Notes under the pieces: model-generated
What the model was told of the DNA's origin: nothing
Databases searched by the model: none
What the model saw: the letters and a program-made list of their open reading frames with translations, nothing else
Shown: positions 1 through 12,863 of the stretch, in pieces
How the letters are laid out: every line of letters starts with the position of its first letter
How positions within the stretch are numbered: the stretch's first letter is position 1
Position numbers and translations under genes: made by a program
Origin: Ruditapes philippinarum
Taxonomy: Eukaryota
DNA length: 64,000 nucleotides
Reading direction: 5' to 3'
Assembly (NCBI RefSeq): GCF_026571515.1
Contig: NW_026851682.1
Span: 186,001-250,000 of the forward strand

Positions 1-137
1 GTCATAGAACGCTGACCAGAACGTCATGGTGTGACGGCCCCATAACGGAAAATTGGCATACCCGTTTTGTTATGAATGTTGCATTACATGATACTAAGTA
101 GACTACTTTTATTGATATTAAACCATTAAATTTTCAC

Positions 138-3100
138 CATGACATTCTTGTACAATACAATCTTCTGATTCTGAGCTGGATCCGCTACATGAACCGCCTC
201 CTTCACAAGTCCTTGTCCGAGATTGTGAGCCCTTGCCGCATGTTGTAGAACACGTGCTCCATTCACTCCAAAGTCCATATTCACCTGTTGAATATTAACG
301 CATCAGTTAGGATGTCAACAACATTTTCATTTATTATTATATAATTGACTCAATACTCGATCAGGTTTTGAATTATACAATTATTTTGTCTTCCGTTCGT
401 TGGACATGTCTATGTGATTTCCTCTTCACATCTCCTCTTCAAAACCGATTTCAAACATTTGGCATACAGTTTAATTTATCTTTTTATAATTAAATTCCTA
501 CCAGTTAGATTCAGTCAGTTTATACGAGTATTCATTTTCCATATAGAAAAGTGATGTTGCTTTATACACTATATAGACTATATTCCCCTTTCCAAAATGT
601 ACTTTCGGATATTTCGTCACTTTCCGTGCTTCAAAAAGATAATATACGCGTCTCTATGACTCGGAACAATAAAATGCTCGTTAACTTAATGCTTTCTTTT
701 TAATATAAGTTACGGATAATTACGTAATTTGTCGAATTGTTAACAATAACGGGAACAGCTCAGTAACGAATATTTAAAGACGCAAAGAAATTTTTCAAAA
801 GTCACGAACGTTTCAACGATAAATATCTAATTTGTTGTCTATGCGTACGTACGGCAAAACATATTTTACTTTTTTTATTCCCATAAGTAAACGTCATCAT
901 AGAATCTCACTTGTTATGTGTTTGGTTTCTTTATAATATATTTATCTATATAACTGATTATTTTGTGATCAATAAGACAAAATTGGATATCAACAAACGC
1001 TCTTAACCGTTAAGTTACTTATGTTGCGTTAAATGATATTTAGTGTTAACAAGAAACAACTTAAAATGATATGATTTCACCTGGACATTCTTGTACAGTG
1101 CAATATTTCGATTCTGAACTGGGTCCGCTACATGAACCGCCTCCTTCACAAGTCCTTGTCCGAGATTGTGAACCCTGGCCGCATGATTTAGAGCACGTGC
1201 TCCAAACACTCCAAAGTCCATAGTCTCCTGTTGAATATAAAATATTGGACTGGGCGCTTGTCGTGTCTACTATAGGTCTTGCAGCTGCATGAACTTGTCT
1301 TGTATTCAACAACATACATTTACATTTTAACAGTACAGAGTTACTTTAAGTACAATAAAGATTTAATATGGTTTTGTTTGGACTCTGAAAATGAAAGCGA
1401 GGCTATGCGGAGTACAATAATGACTTGACGCGTTTTAATTTACTTTGAAAATGAAAACAACTCTAGACGGAAAACAAAAATGATTCGATATGGATTGTTT
1501 GAACGAGGTTAATTTTTTTTAAGATGGGTCCAATAAAAATTGCAAACGGTTGGTGCTAACGCTGAAAATAAAATACATTAGAATCATTTTATAGGATGTA
1601 AAATAAAGTTATTAATTTCTGTGTTCATTGGTCATAACTATGTCAAATTCCAATCCTGCTTTTCCATACCGATTTTAGACAATGAACATAAAATGTAAAA
1701 GTCTTTTTTTAAAAGTTAATTTTCTACCGGTGCAAATTTATATTTAATGCTCATGTTCTTTAGTTAAACAATAACAAACTTAATATATATCAAAACAGGT
1801 TTAGTTACCAGCACATTGCTGTTCGTTACAAAGCTCCGATTGGCTTTTATCTCCCTCGCAATCCTTTCCACCATTGGCTGGTGTTGGGTTGTTGCACGAT
1901 CTGGTTCGAGTTCGAGACCCTCCGCCACAATTTTGATTACACTCTGACCAATATCCCCAAAATCCAAACTGACCATCAACTGATTGTTTTGTAATGATAT
2001 AATACATCCATATAATACATATTCGATTATATATTTAGTTATAAAGTTACAATTAGAATATGTTGTATATTCATTGCAAATATCAGTTTAGTATCAGAAA
2101 CTATGGAAAGTCGTAACAGGCAAAGCTATAAATCCATTCCCGTTAGCGGCATGCCGTTGTTTTCGTGAGCAAGAAAGCTTGTACTGGTTGGTTTTAGGAC
2201 CGAATACGAGAAGCTTTTAATAAGCTTATAGGTTCAAACACAATCGGACAAAAAACGCATAAACTGCAGTATAAATCCATTTTGTTTCAACTAGAACAAA
2301 ATACGCGAACGTTTACATTTTTATTACGCTTTCAGAACTAAGGAGCGATTTAAGCAGGAAAGTATGGTAGCATACATGTCAATCTATACACACGTGCAAC
2401 ATTACGAAACTGTATATCATGGATGCTCCATTGTAGAATTTAGACGTGCTGCCTCATAAAAACTGTGTATATAAACGCAAAAAAATATAGAAACAATAAA
2501 CAAAATACCTGGACACTCTGTTATTGTACAGTCTTTAATTTCCGTGCTTTCTCCTTCGCAAACCTGTTCACCGGAAATTGGTCCAATGCTGCAATCACGT
2601 GTTCGTAGTGTGATACCCTGGCCACATGTTAACGTGCACGTCGACCATCCAGTCCAACCGCTCCATTCTCCATCTGGAAATGATAGGTTTTTTATATTTA
2701 TGTGCTAAATTGAGTTTCGCGTTTGTATATATGAGCCGCGTCACGACAAAACCAACGTAATGTGTTTGCATTTGCGCAGTCTGATCAGGATCCATGCTGT
2801 TCGCTATCAGTTTCTCTACTTGGATTAGGGTTTGTAAGCGAACAGCATGGATCCTGATTAGATTGCGCGGATGCGCAGGCTGGTCGCAAACCCATTATGT
2901 TGGTTTTGTCGTGTATTTCTCATATGTATGTTCTGTATTGAACGGCAAATTACTAAATTTTAACGTGTGTCGTTACAAATAGCAATATAGATTTCACATG
3001 GTAATATAGATTTCACATGGTAATATAGATTTCACATGGTAATATAGATTTCACATGGTAATATAAATATCACGTGCCAATAAATATCACAAAGGCACAA

Positions 3101-4816
3101 ATAAATACATACTTACACAAGTCTATATTATAAAGTTAACAAACATTTGGTCCGTGAAAAAAAAACACTTTTCTAAAAAGGTTATAAAATGTAATTCTTA
3201 AGTGGTTAGCTAACTTTGAGGAAGTAAATTTACTCAAAATAAAGCTTTTAAAAGTATAAAGTGACACATTATTATCATGTGTGCTATAAATTACTTTCAT
3301 TTTATAGTCATACTGATTTAGTTTGATTGTTTTTTTTTTATATATAAACAAGTATTCATCAGAGTGAACAAAAAATAATAATACAAACATGGCATAGATG
3401 TAAATAAGTAAATAAGGAAGATGACTTAAGTGAAATTTAAGCATTGTTGCTTTAACAAAAATGGCTGTATTAAATATAGTATTTCTGTTGTCGCTACACA
3501 TAAGAGCCTGAATATTTAAAATTCTAGGAAATCTTTAATAATAATAACTGATATACTTGTGTCTTTCATGAGTAAAATAACTACACTTAAAAATATAGTG
3601 AAATTCATCACCTATTTCTTGCTGGTTACAAATTGAGCATGTTCTATTTTCACTTTCAATACCAAAATAGCGACCTTTCTCTATAGGAATATCAGAATAG
3701 AGACATCAACATTTACAAAGAGTAATAGGAAGTAAAGAAACTTTTTTTATAGTTACGGTGATTGTAAGAATAATTCGTCATGTAACTTACTGTTTAGGAA
3801 ACAATTTAAAAATGTGTACATTGCATCGTAGAATGTTGCCACACTAGCTCCACATTTCGCAGAAACGCATGCTTTAGTCTTAGAAGTATACCTGAATAGG
3901 GAAAACTTTTAGTAAAAATAATTTTTTTAAATGCACAAGCGTCCTATTTTTGTAAAAAAATAAAGTCTTCATGCTCAGTCATTTGTAACCCATCTCATAC
4001 ATGATTTTAAGCGGAATATTTTTCATGACATCATGTTCGTTTATATATTTCAGAGATTTACGATTTCATCCAACAATATTCGCTATTCAATATTCAATTG
4101 TCACCTGGACCAGCCGTTTCAAAGTGACTCATTTATAGACGGTAAACGACTTGAATACTACTAAATTGGAATTAAGTCTAGATTTGTCTTGGTCTGCACT
4201 TGACGCATAGTTAAAATCTGTTTCCACTAGCATTGTTAATGTAAATTTTTGCCCAGTCATGCATTACTTACTTCCAACACAAGCAGTTGGAAATACCTGA
4301 TTAAAACAACAAACCCTCTAATAACTTCTCGGCATGAAATAATATTATGTATCCTACAAGACTCGAACCCACAGAGTTCAGGCGCACGTTATTCTAAGTA
4401 TATTTCTGACTATAAATATTAATCTGCACATAGCACTGTGAATATAATTGGAAACTATCATATCTTGTTTTAAAATATTTTAATTTCCTTCAAAAAATAA
4501 ACTACGCATAAAATTCAGTCGGAATAAATTAGCAAAATGTCCTTACTGGCAGTTCATAGTCAAAAACGTCATGTTTATTGTCGAAATGATGCCGCACTGA
4601 GCAATATCACCAACTTTTGACTGAATACATTGTACATCTTCATCTGAAAATGACGTAATCTTTTTGTCTTTATTTCAAGATTTAAGATATCCCTCATTAA
4701 CAATTTGAATAAGTTATTAAGAGAAACCCTGATTTTTTTTGTAAAATTTCAATTTTATATCGAAAATGTAATGACTCAAGAATTCAAAACATTGACGCTT
4801 TCGCATTTATATCATG

Positions 4817-4852
<36 letters not shown>

Positions 4853-7800
4853 TAACCGACATACAGTCATTATGTAAAAAGTGCGTATTACTGCAACAAT
4901 CAAGATATACATATATTTAGTTACCTCCAATTTTTGCACATTCTGCTAATGTGTTGGTGGCAAGTGACGAGTATGATAAAAGACCCGAGGGTGTATTTAA
5001 CTGGTACGTCGAAAACTGTTCTACAGTAACAGGACAAGATGGCTGTAAATCCGCAAGGCATTTGAACATAGTCCACAACGATACTTCCGGTCTGAAATGT
5101 ATTTGGTGATGTAAAGAATTCTTAAATGAAACGTTATGGATATGAGCCGCGTCATGACAAAGCCAACATAATGCCTTTGCGACCAGCATGGATCCAGACC
5201 AGCCTGAGCATCCGCGCAGTCTGATCAGGATCCATGCTGTTCGCTTACAAACCCTATAACAAGTAGAGAAACTGATAGCGAACAGCATGGATCCTGATCA
5301 GACTGCGCGGATGCGCAGGCTGGTCTGGATCCATGCTGGTCGCAAACGCATTATGTTGGTTTTGTCATGGCACGGCTAATATATATTTTTACTTTGGATA
5401 GTTAAGGTATGTCACTTTGATTCTAATAGTGGTGACAGCAGATAGTGTGTGTAAATTTAATATGAATGTAGGCAAAGCCTATGAACAGGGAGGTTAGATA
5501 AAAAAAATCGTTCATTTTTATTTTAAATTTTTCGTTTTAAATGTGTCATTCTGTATACCATGCACCGTATATCCTGCACCGCTTCTTTTTTCAATCGGAA
5601 CACCTCAACGAATATTCTTAAGCTGAAAAGTTGCGGTTGTTCCATTGTCGGAATAGCTCGCCGATTATCATTCAGTTACATTAAAAATGGCGGCGCTAAA
5701 CTAGAAATGACACTGAAAATTCCATTGATAAGTATAAAACTCATTTTTTAATTATTTTGTTTAATATTTGATTTCCTTTTAAATATACACACCCGCAGAA
5801 ATATTTGTAGAAATCATACACTGTCACCCCTTGGAAGCCGTATATACTTGACGGTACGCAGAGTGTGACACCCTGACAGACGGTGTCTGAAAAAAGAATA
5901 TATGACTTTGAAATTACACCTTTGATAATTCTATGCTACCTGTATAGTATTAGGCCAGCCACGGTGACCATCAAAGTAAAAGGCACATTCGTGCGGTATG
6001 GCTAGGCTTTAGAACTCTTAATTATTTCATAATTTTATGATGTTTGCCTTCTGGTGTTATAACTTTTCATTAATAAACATTCAAATTACTATTATATTTA
6101 CCTAGTGATAGTATAGTTCAGAAGAAAACTTATATAATAAAGAGAAAGAACGTCTTCAACAGAAAAAGTCGCCCCTGCGTTCCTCTTTTTGAGCTTGTTT
6201 TTTTTTCTTTTATTATAAGCATCTGTTTATTGCATGGCGGGAATGTTTTAAACATTTAGCCTCATGCTGTCGTAAAATATATATGTAGTAAAGAAACGAT
6301 TCGTAAAACGCTATCGCAAATTCCTTAATTTGAAAATTTTAACAAAATACTATTTCCAATATACCTGAAATATGCTATGCAACATAATTACAGGTATACA
6401 TGTACCAGTTCTTAAAGATCCTGTAACACATTTTTTTGTTTTAAATCATAAATATTGTGCTCAAATTAAGATTTATCAATATTGTAGTTTCCAAATTCAT
6501 TATTCCTAAAGATATTTCCGAATTTTACATTTCATGTAAATAAAGGGAGGTAATAAAAAAATATTTTCTATAAAATTCAAGTCAAATTTTACAAAAAGAA
6601 ATGAATACATCTATTTACATACATATAATACGGACAACTTGACTGGCTTTCGGTTTCATAAATAATTCCTTTATTCATATACTTTAAATACGATTTAATT
6701 TCACTTCTATAATAGCCTACTCTAATCTTGTTTTATTTTTGTTTAATGAGATTATATTTATGATTCAGGTGAAAATTAATGAAAACTAAGGTGTAAGGTA
6801 AAATATCCTTGTTCAANNNNNNNNNNNNNNNNNNNNNNNNNNNNNNNNNNNNNNNNNNNNNNNNNNNNNNNNNNNNNNNNNNNNNNNNNNNNNNNNNNNN
6901 NNNNNNNNNNNNNNNNNNNNNNNNNNNNNNNNNNNNNNNNNNNNNNNNNNNNNNNNNNNNNNNNNNNNNNNNNNNNNNNNNNNNNNNNNNNNNNNNNNNN
7001 NNNNNNNNNNNNNNNNNNNNNNNNNNNNNNNNNNNGCGAATCCTATGTTCATTTTGTATGGGTCGAATCGAGCTTTGAATTTTTCTAGAAACGTTGTTTG
7101 AACTGCATTTTCAGTAGGACAGTTATTCTGTGCTAAAATACACGAGTATACCAGTTTTCCTTGGTCACTGTAAACATAATATTAATGGCATAATAGCTAA
7201 AAATATCCTATGCTATAAACGTTATTTTTTTTAAAGTTTTAGATTTTTGCTTTATTTCACGATAGAAAAATCGTCATATTTTATTGCCAAAAAAGAAACA
7301 TATACATTTTGAACATGCATGTAACGACAGTTACAATACAATGATATAATATATTTGGCAAAAGGGTTGATCTTCGAGTGCTCTCAACATAAGCAACAGA
7401 TCTTCCTTTACGATGTGATTGTAAAGTTTTTTATACATTTGTATAATTTGTATATTTTTTTAGATTTCTGGCGGTCGCAAGTAAAAGTTGTACATCCTTA
7501 ATCATCAAACAAATCATTGCCAAATAATATTTGAGCCGCGCCATGACAAAACCAACATAATGGGTTTGCGACCAGCATGGATCCAGACCAGACTGATCAG
7601 GATTCATGCTGTTCGCTTACAAACCCTTTTACAAGTAGAGAAACTGATAGCGAACAGCATGGATCCTGATCAGACTGCACGGATGCGCAGTCTGGTCTGG
7701 ATTCTTGCTGGTCGCAAACCCATTATGTTGGTTTTGTCGTGACGTGGCTCATTTACAACATGGAAATAATCACCACAATAACAAAATGGTCAGCTTCAAC

Positions 7801-8746
7801 TACCGACAAAATAGTAACACGAAAAGAAAGAAGAAGAAAACAGAAAAGGAAATGTAATTTGATGGACGAACCTGCAAATATTAGTCCAGAAATTTGTCGT
7901 CAGATAATTGTTGTAGGGTGTCATACATTCTGATTCGAAAGCGTCATCAGTCTTACACGAGAACCCATAACCTGATGGCAAATTGAATGATACATATGAA
8001 AACCAGGAATAAAAACAACACAGCTACCTATATTTTGTTATGGGCAGCATGTGAATATTACAACATGCCAAGTTTCGAACTTTTCATGATCGTAAATTTT
8101 GCATAATATGGGCCCTAACTAAAGACGTCAATTCGACGAATTCGTAACAGGAATATATGCATGCTGATTTGTTACACTTTTGCCATTTTACCATTTAAAA
8201 ATTCTTTGTTTATTTTATTGCTATAGACAGAAGCATATTTATGAAATAATCATAAATGAAGTATTGAGGAATGTTCATGGAATAAAACGTATATTTTCAT
8301 TTTCCATATTTTCACTGCAAAATAAATATTTTTCACTACAGTGAAACATATTTACGTATTTTCACTAGTGTCTTAGCGGACTATTTTCTGCCTCTTATTA
8401 TAACGTCCAAAAAGAGATAAAATGTATATAATATTTATAAAATTCTTTTTTTTTTTACTATAAATACAGGATTTATTGTCATCTTGTGGTATGAAAAGTA
8501 TCATATTTCACACGTGGCTACCGCCAATGATGAAATATTTACTTTCATACCATTCGATAAAAAAAAACCGTTTTTGTAGAAACAATTTAATTTTCCTCCA
8601 TTTATTTTTCAAAAATGTCAATAGTATTTGATATGTCTACAGCATCATTATCATTATTATTATTATAATATAAGTAGGCTAAACCGAAAATGTGCAAAAT
8701 GGGGTAATTCACCCTCAATGGGATCCTCTGTGCATGGGTACGTGCA
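138..8746 (-). CDS. Multi-exon protein with Cys-rich modules followed by at least 4 thrombospondin type-1 repeats (incomplete at both ends)
   Basis: Phase-compatible AG/GT exons: 8713-8746 (tentative), 7872-7971, 7167 into the gap at 7035, 5793-5886, 4925-5091, 4547-4643, 3791-3891. Then four phase 1-1 TSR exons at 2509-2673, 1809-1979, 1081-1227 and 138-284, each with WxxWSxCxxxCGxG..R.R.C (e.g. [22 protein letters not shown]). Confidence 0.85.
2731..2923. mobile_element. Palindromic MITE (TGAGCCGCG termini), partially deleted copy
   Basis: Same sequence as the copies at 5142, 7531, 17422 and 18491; right end degenerate. Confidence 0.8.
2983..3065. repeat. 19-bp minisatellite (aatatagatttcacatggt) x4
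   Basis: Direct tandem copies. Confidence 0.9.
5142..5380. mobile_element. Palindromic ~240-bp MITE
   Basis: Inverted arms of about 100 bp (atgagccgcgtcatgacaa...ttgtcatggcacggctaat) around a short core; five copies in the window. Confidence 0.88.
7531..7752. mobile_element. Palindromic MITE, same family
   Basis: ttgagccgcgccatgacaaaacc...ggttttgtcgtgacgtggctcat. Confidence 0.85.
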
Positions 8747-9755
8747 CTGAATAAGATAAAATATATTTCATGTTTTTCAAATATTTGTTAAATTTATGAA
8801 TCGCCTGAATAACCACTGTCAATATGAATTATCTAACTTTAAAAAACGTAGTGTAACGTAAAGTATTCATAATATGCAAAGCGCAGATCAATATAATTTT
8901 ATTGCTTTTGATTGGAATGGCATGCTATTAACATAAACAATTAAATATATATAAATATACAAATAAGACTCAGCCCAACATTATGAGCAAAACGTTATAG
9001 TAGAAAAATAACATCTCGTGAACTCCAGAATTGGTAAATTCACACGTGAACCGATCGCAACCAGAAATTGTATAAAATGTTGTATTGTTTTAATTTTTTT
9101 ATACATTTTATATACATTCTGGAGGAGTATCTTCCGAAACTTAGAGAAATCGGTATGTAGAAGAGACACTAGATTTGATAAATGAATATTTCCTATTTTG
9201 AAATGCGGAACAATTTCGAGACATTTCTGAGACATACTTTATAAAACAAATTGAAATGTCTGCGTGGGTTCTATGTAAATTATTAAAAATAGCCAGTAAC
9301 ACCTTCAGAAGGAACTAAGGCATTATTTACTCCTTATTATTGTACTTTTTTATTGATTAGTTGCTTCATTGATTGATCACGTAATTGATCGATTGATAGT
9401 TGACTGATTACTTGCTTGATTAATTGATTGATTGATTGATTGATTGATTGAACATGTGCCTGATTGATTGATTGATTGATTAATTTATTTATCTATTAAT
9501 TCGATCAATCAATCCTTCGGTCAATTGTTTGATTGATTGACTCTAAACTAAGCATACAGGCATTTCGGGCAAAACAAACAATCAATAGAAGTTGCGATCG
9601 ATCTTTGCTTTTCGTGCTCGAAAAGTGCTCGAAAAGTGTTACTGTGCAGAAATTCGCATATCCTACTTGGGATATGACGACGCAAAAGGACTAAATGTAT
9701 AACGAAATGCTGACCTCATACATGTTAATCATGCATCATTGCATTTCGTTATTAG

Positions 9756-11712
9756 CTGGGGATCGAACGTATAGATGTTCGATATCGATATAAGGGATGT
9801 GAAATGGTACGATACGGAGTAATGGCGGATTTAAGCGAGATGAAGTGGTACGATACGGAGTAATGGCGGATTTAAGCGAGGTGAAATGGTACGATACGGG
9901 GTAATGGCGGATTTAAGAATATAAACACACGTCAGACTGAGTACATTTTAGAAAAAATTAATGTTGGAGAGATTTACTGGTAAAATTAAATTTTTTTGTT
10001 AATCATGTGGGACTGTGTTCTACACATATTTACGGTGGCACAAAGGTGACATGTGTGTGTTTTTATTTATCTCGTGGCCACGAGATATTATGTCGCGGCC
10101 ACGAGTTACTAAGTCGTGGCCACGAGATAGCTAAGTCGTGGCCACGAGTTACTAAGTCGTGGCCACGAGTTACTAAGTCGTGGCCACGAGATACTATATC
10201 GTGGCCACGAGTTACTAAGTCGTGTCCACGAGATAGCTAAGTCGTGGCCACCATCAGGAAAAAGAAAAAAATAAGAAAGGAATTTTGAGGCAGTTTGGAG
10301 GAAGGAAACGTCAATGGGGTTACAATCTGTTAGAATATGTTACAAGGTTGAAGAAAAACAAATATTGCCTTTGTTAGTTTTAGGAGAAGCTCAGGGCGTG
10401 CTATTTAGTTCATCAAAAGAAAGAACTTGATAGTTTTAATAATTTATTTTAATAAAAAAAAAACATCTCACAATAGTGAACTTGAATACAAGGGCGGTAA
10501 AATGTGTATATCCATTTCAATAGTTTGCAGTTCGAATGTACAATTTCGTGATTCTACAAATCCAACAATGCAATTTAAATACTATAGACGTGTATTTTAA
10601 TTTCAACTTACAATTTACACCAGTTGAATAGTGAAATAGATGTAGAACTTCTTGTTGGTGTTTACGTTCTCATAAAAAAATCTTATAAAATCATTATAAA
10701 ATATTAATACATGGTTTCCTGTCTCAATGTATGGCTGAATGTCCTAATAAGAATTTTCCTTGCTGCTTTACATCATATCGCTTTTTTCACATACATACTG
10801 GCTAAAGACTATGCTCAGGCAAGACTTTTCATAATTAGGGCACACGCATATATATAGAAGGCATATGTGCACTGCCATGTGTCTGTCAAACGGATCCTTC
10901 TTTAAATAGAGCACACATTCCACAATCTTCAGTATGAAGATTTGTCTAGAATTAAGCACACACATATACCAAAACTATTTTACTGAAAAGAAAACACATT
11001 TCGATTTAGATCCAAAGAGGTGATTTCATATTTCATTGTATCAGAACAGGGAATACTTCCTCCCTAATCAGAACTGGCCCGTCCTTGTATTCATTTGCAA
11101 ATGCTTTGATCATAGGCATTTAACTATGATATAGTTATTTGTTCATAAGATGAAACTGTTTTCACCATACAAGTAACTAATTGCCAATGCGCAGTGAACA
11201 GATATCAAACGGTCATAAAAACTCATCGTAAGGAACCAAAATTTTTTGCGTACAGTTATTTTATCGAACCAATTACCATACGTACAGTAAGGAATACGGA
11301 AATGTTATATACATGCAAAATAGATATTAGAATATTTTCGTGCATTTAGCTTTGATATTAATAGTTAAAATGTTGGTGCTTAAACTAATCAAATATCTGT
11401 TTCATTATGTCTGTTATTGTTTTCTATTTTGTAAGCATTTAAGGTTGCCGGTGGCATCTGAAGAAGCAAAACCTCAATAACTTTCTCTTAAGTACGAAAT
11501 ATGTTCTTTTCTTTTGACTATCATATACAGTTATATAATCTGCTCCGCATGCACTTTATTATTTGAACAAAAATAACAACATACAACAGATATTTGAAAC
11601 AAACCGGCTCTCACCAACGTTAATTTTTCATTTTTTCCGCCATTATTCCGTATCGCACCATTTCTTCACCTCATTTAAAAAAGTAACGAACATTAATACG
11701 TTCGAACCCCTG
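9756..11712. mobile_element. Non-autonomous TIR DNA transposon with 6-bp TSD (hAT-like)
   Basis: TIRs ctggggatcgaacgtatagatgttcg / cgaacattaatacgttcgaacccctg. TSD tattag at 9750-9755 and 11713-11718. A 41-bp subterminal repeat occurs three times on the left and once inverted near 11635-11665. Confidence 0.8.
10069..10252. repeat. 21-bp tandem repeat with palindromic core tcgtggccacga (about 8 copies)
   Basis: Unit gtggccacgagttactaagtc; lies inside the 9756-11712 element. Confidence 0.9.
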
Positions 11713-12697
11713 TATTAGTGAAGCACGGCGTTATTGTGCAAATACATAACTTTAAATTTTCAGAGCCACGCCTCGTAAACAACAGAACTACCTCTTTCGG
11801 AGCTTATACGATAAATTGCTCTATCGCTACTTCGCACATTTTAGTTTTGTTAATAATTATGTCCATTTTATAGAGAATTACGTTTAGCTTTTAGATAATC
11901 ATTACACATGGCCTAATATGGACAAATTCAATAAGCTTATGTCAACACCCAAGAGATCTGTTCTACTGAAACTTGCAAAATGTGTCTGGCTTTAAAGAAG
12001 AGAAATGAGAGTGTTGTTGTATAATAAGATATGTATTTTTTAAAACTATTTGTCATATTTATGATGTATTTTATTAAACATGTTAAATATGCCGTGACTT
12101 ATATTGTATGTGTTTATATGTACTTAAATATGCCAATCTTATGTTAAAACATGAAGATGAAACTTAAATTATATGTTTTCATACTTTTCAATATTATATT
12201 TCTATTGTTAATCTAACCGCCAATTATGTGTGGCGAAAAACATGTTTGTATGTTAATGTTAATAAATACTTTTATTTAATTTTACCTATGAAATATGGTG
12301 CTATATCAGTCAAATATATTTCATATTTTTTAAAAATAAATATGAAATATAAATATGAAAGTGGGCGGAGTCAAAACTCATATTTATTTTAAGGGACTTC
12401 TTGTTTGAAAAATCTGATAAATACAAACAACTTTTTTGTTGAATTTTGTTTTGAAAACTATCTAGAATGATAGAAAATGGTCTAACTAAGAAAATAAATC
12501 CGAACACCAATATCTTTAATTCAGCCATTAACGCTGTACAGACGTTTAAAAAGTTGTTTACGTGACGTCACAATCTAGCGCTAAATATCGCGTGAAAAAC
12601 AAGACGATACTTATATTACTGCGCGCTGTATAATTGCAGTTGCGTAGCAGGCAAGGGGGTTCATAACCATTTTTCTTTGATAATGAAATTAAATAAA

Positions 12698-12863
12698 AAG
12701 GTTATCTTTACGTTTTTCGTGAAATATGGTATATATTTTCACTCAACATGATAAAATGCCCCATATTTTCACTCGCCGTCCCGGCTCGTGAAAATATGTG
12801 GCATTTTATCATGTTTCGTGAAAATATATTCCATATTTCACTCAAACGAAAAAATATCCTCTT
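12698..12863. repeat. Foldback or hairpin MITE
   Basis: Inverted arms gtgaaatatgg..atattttcac..catgataaaatgcc.catattttcac centred near 12780. Confidence 0.65.

Noticed and set aside
4272-4296. 25-nt candidate exon with good splice signals in the TSR gene
   Set aside because: It would shift the frame between exons 4547-4643 and 3791-3891, which already join in phase.
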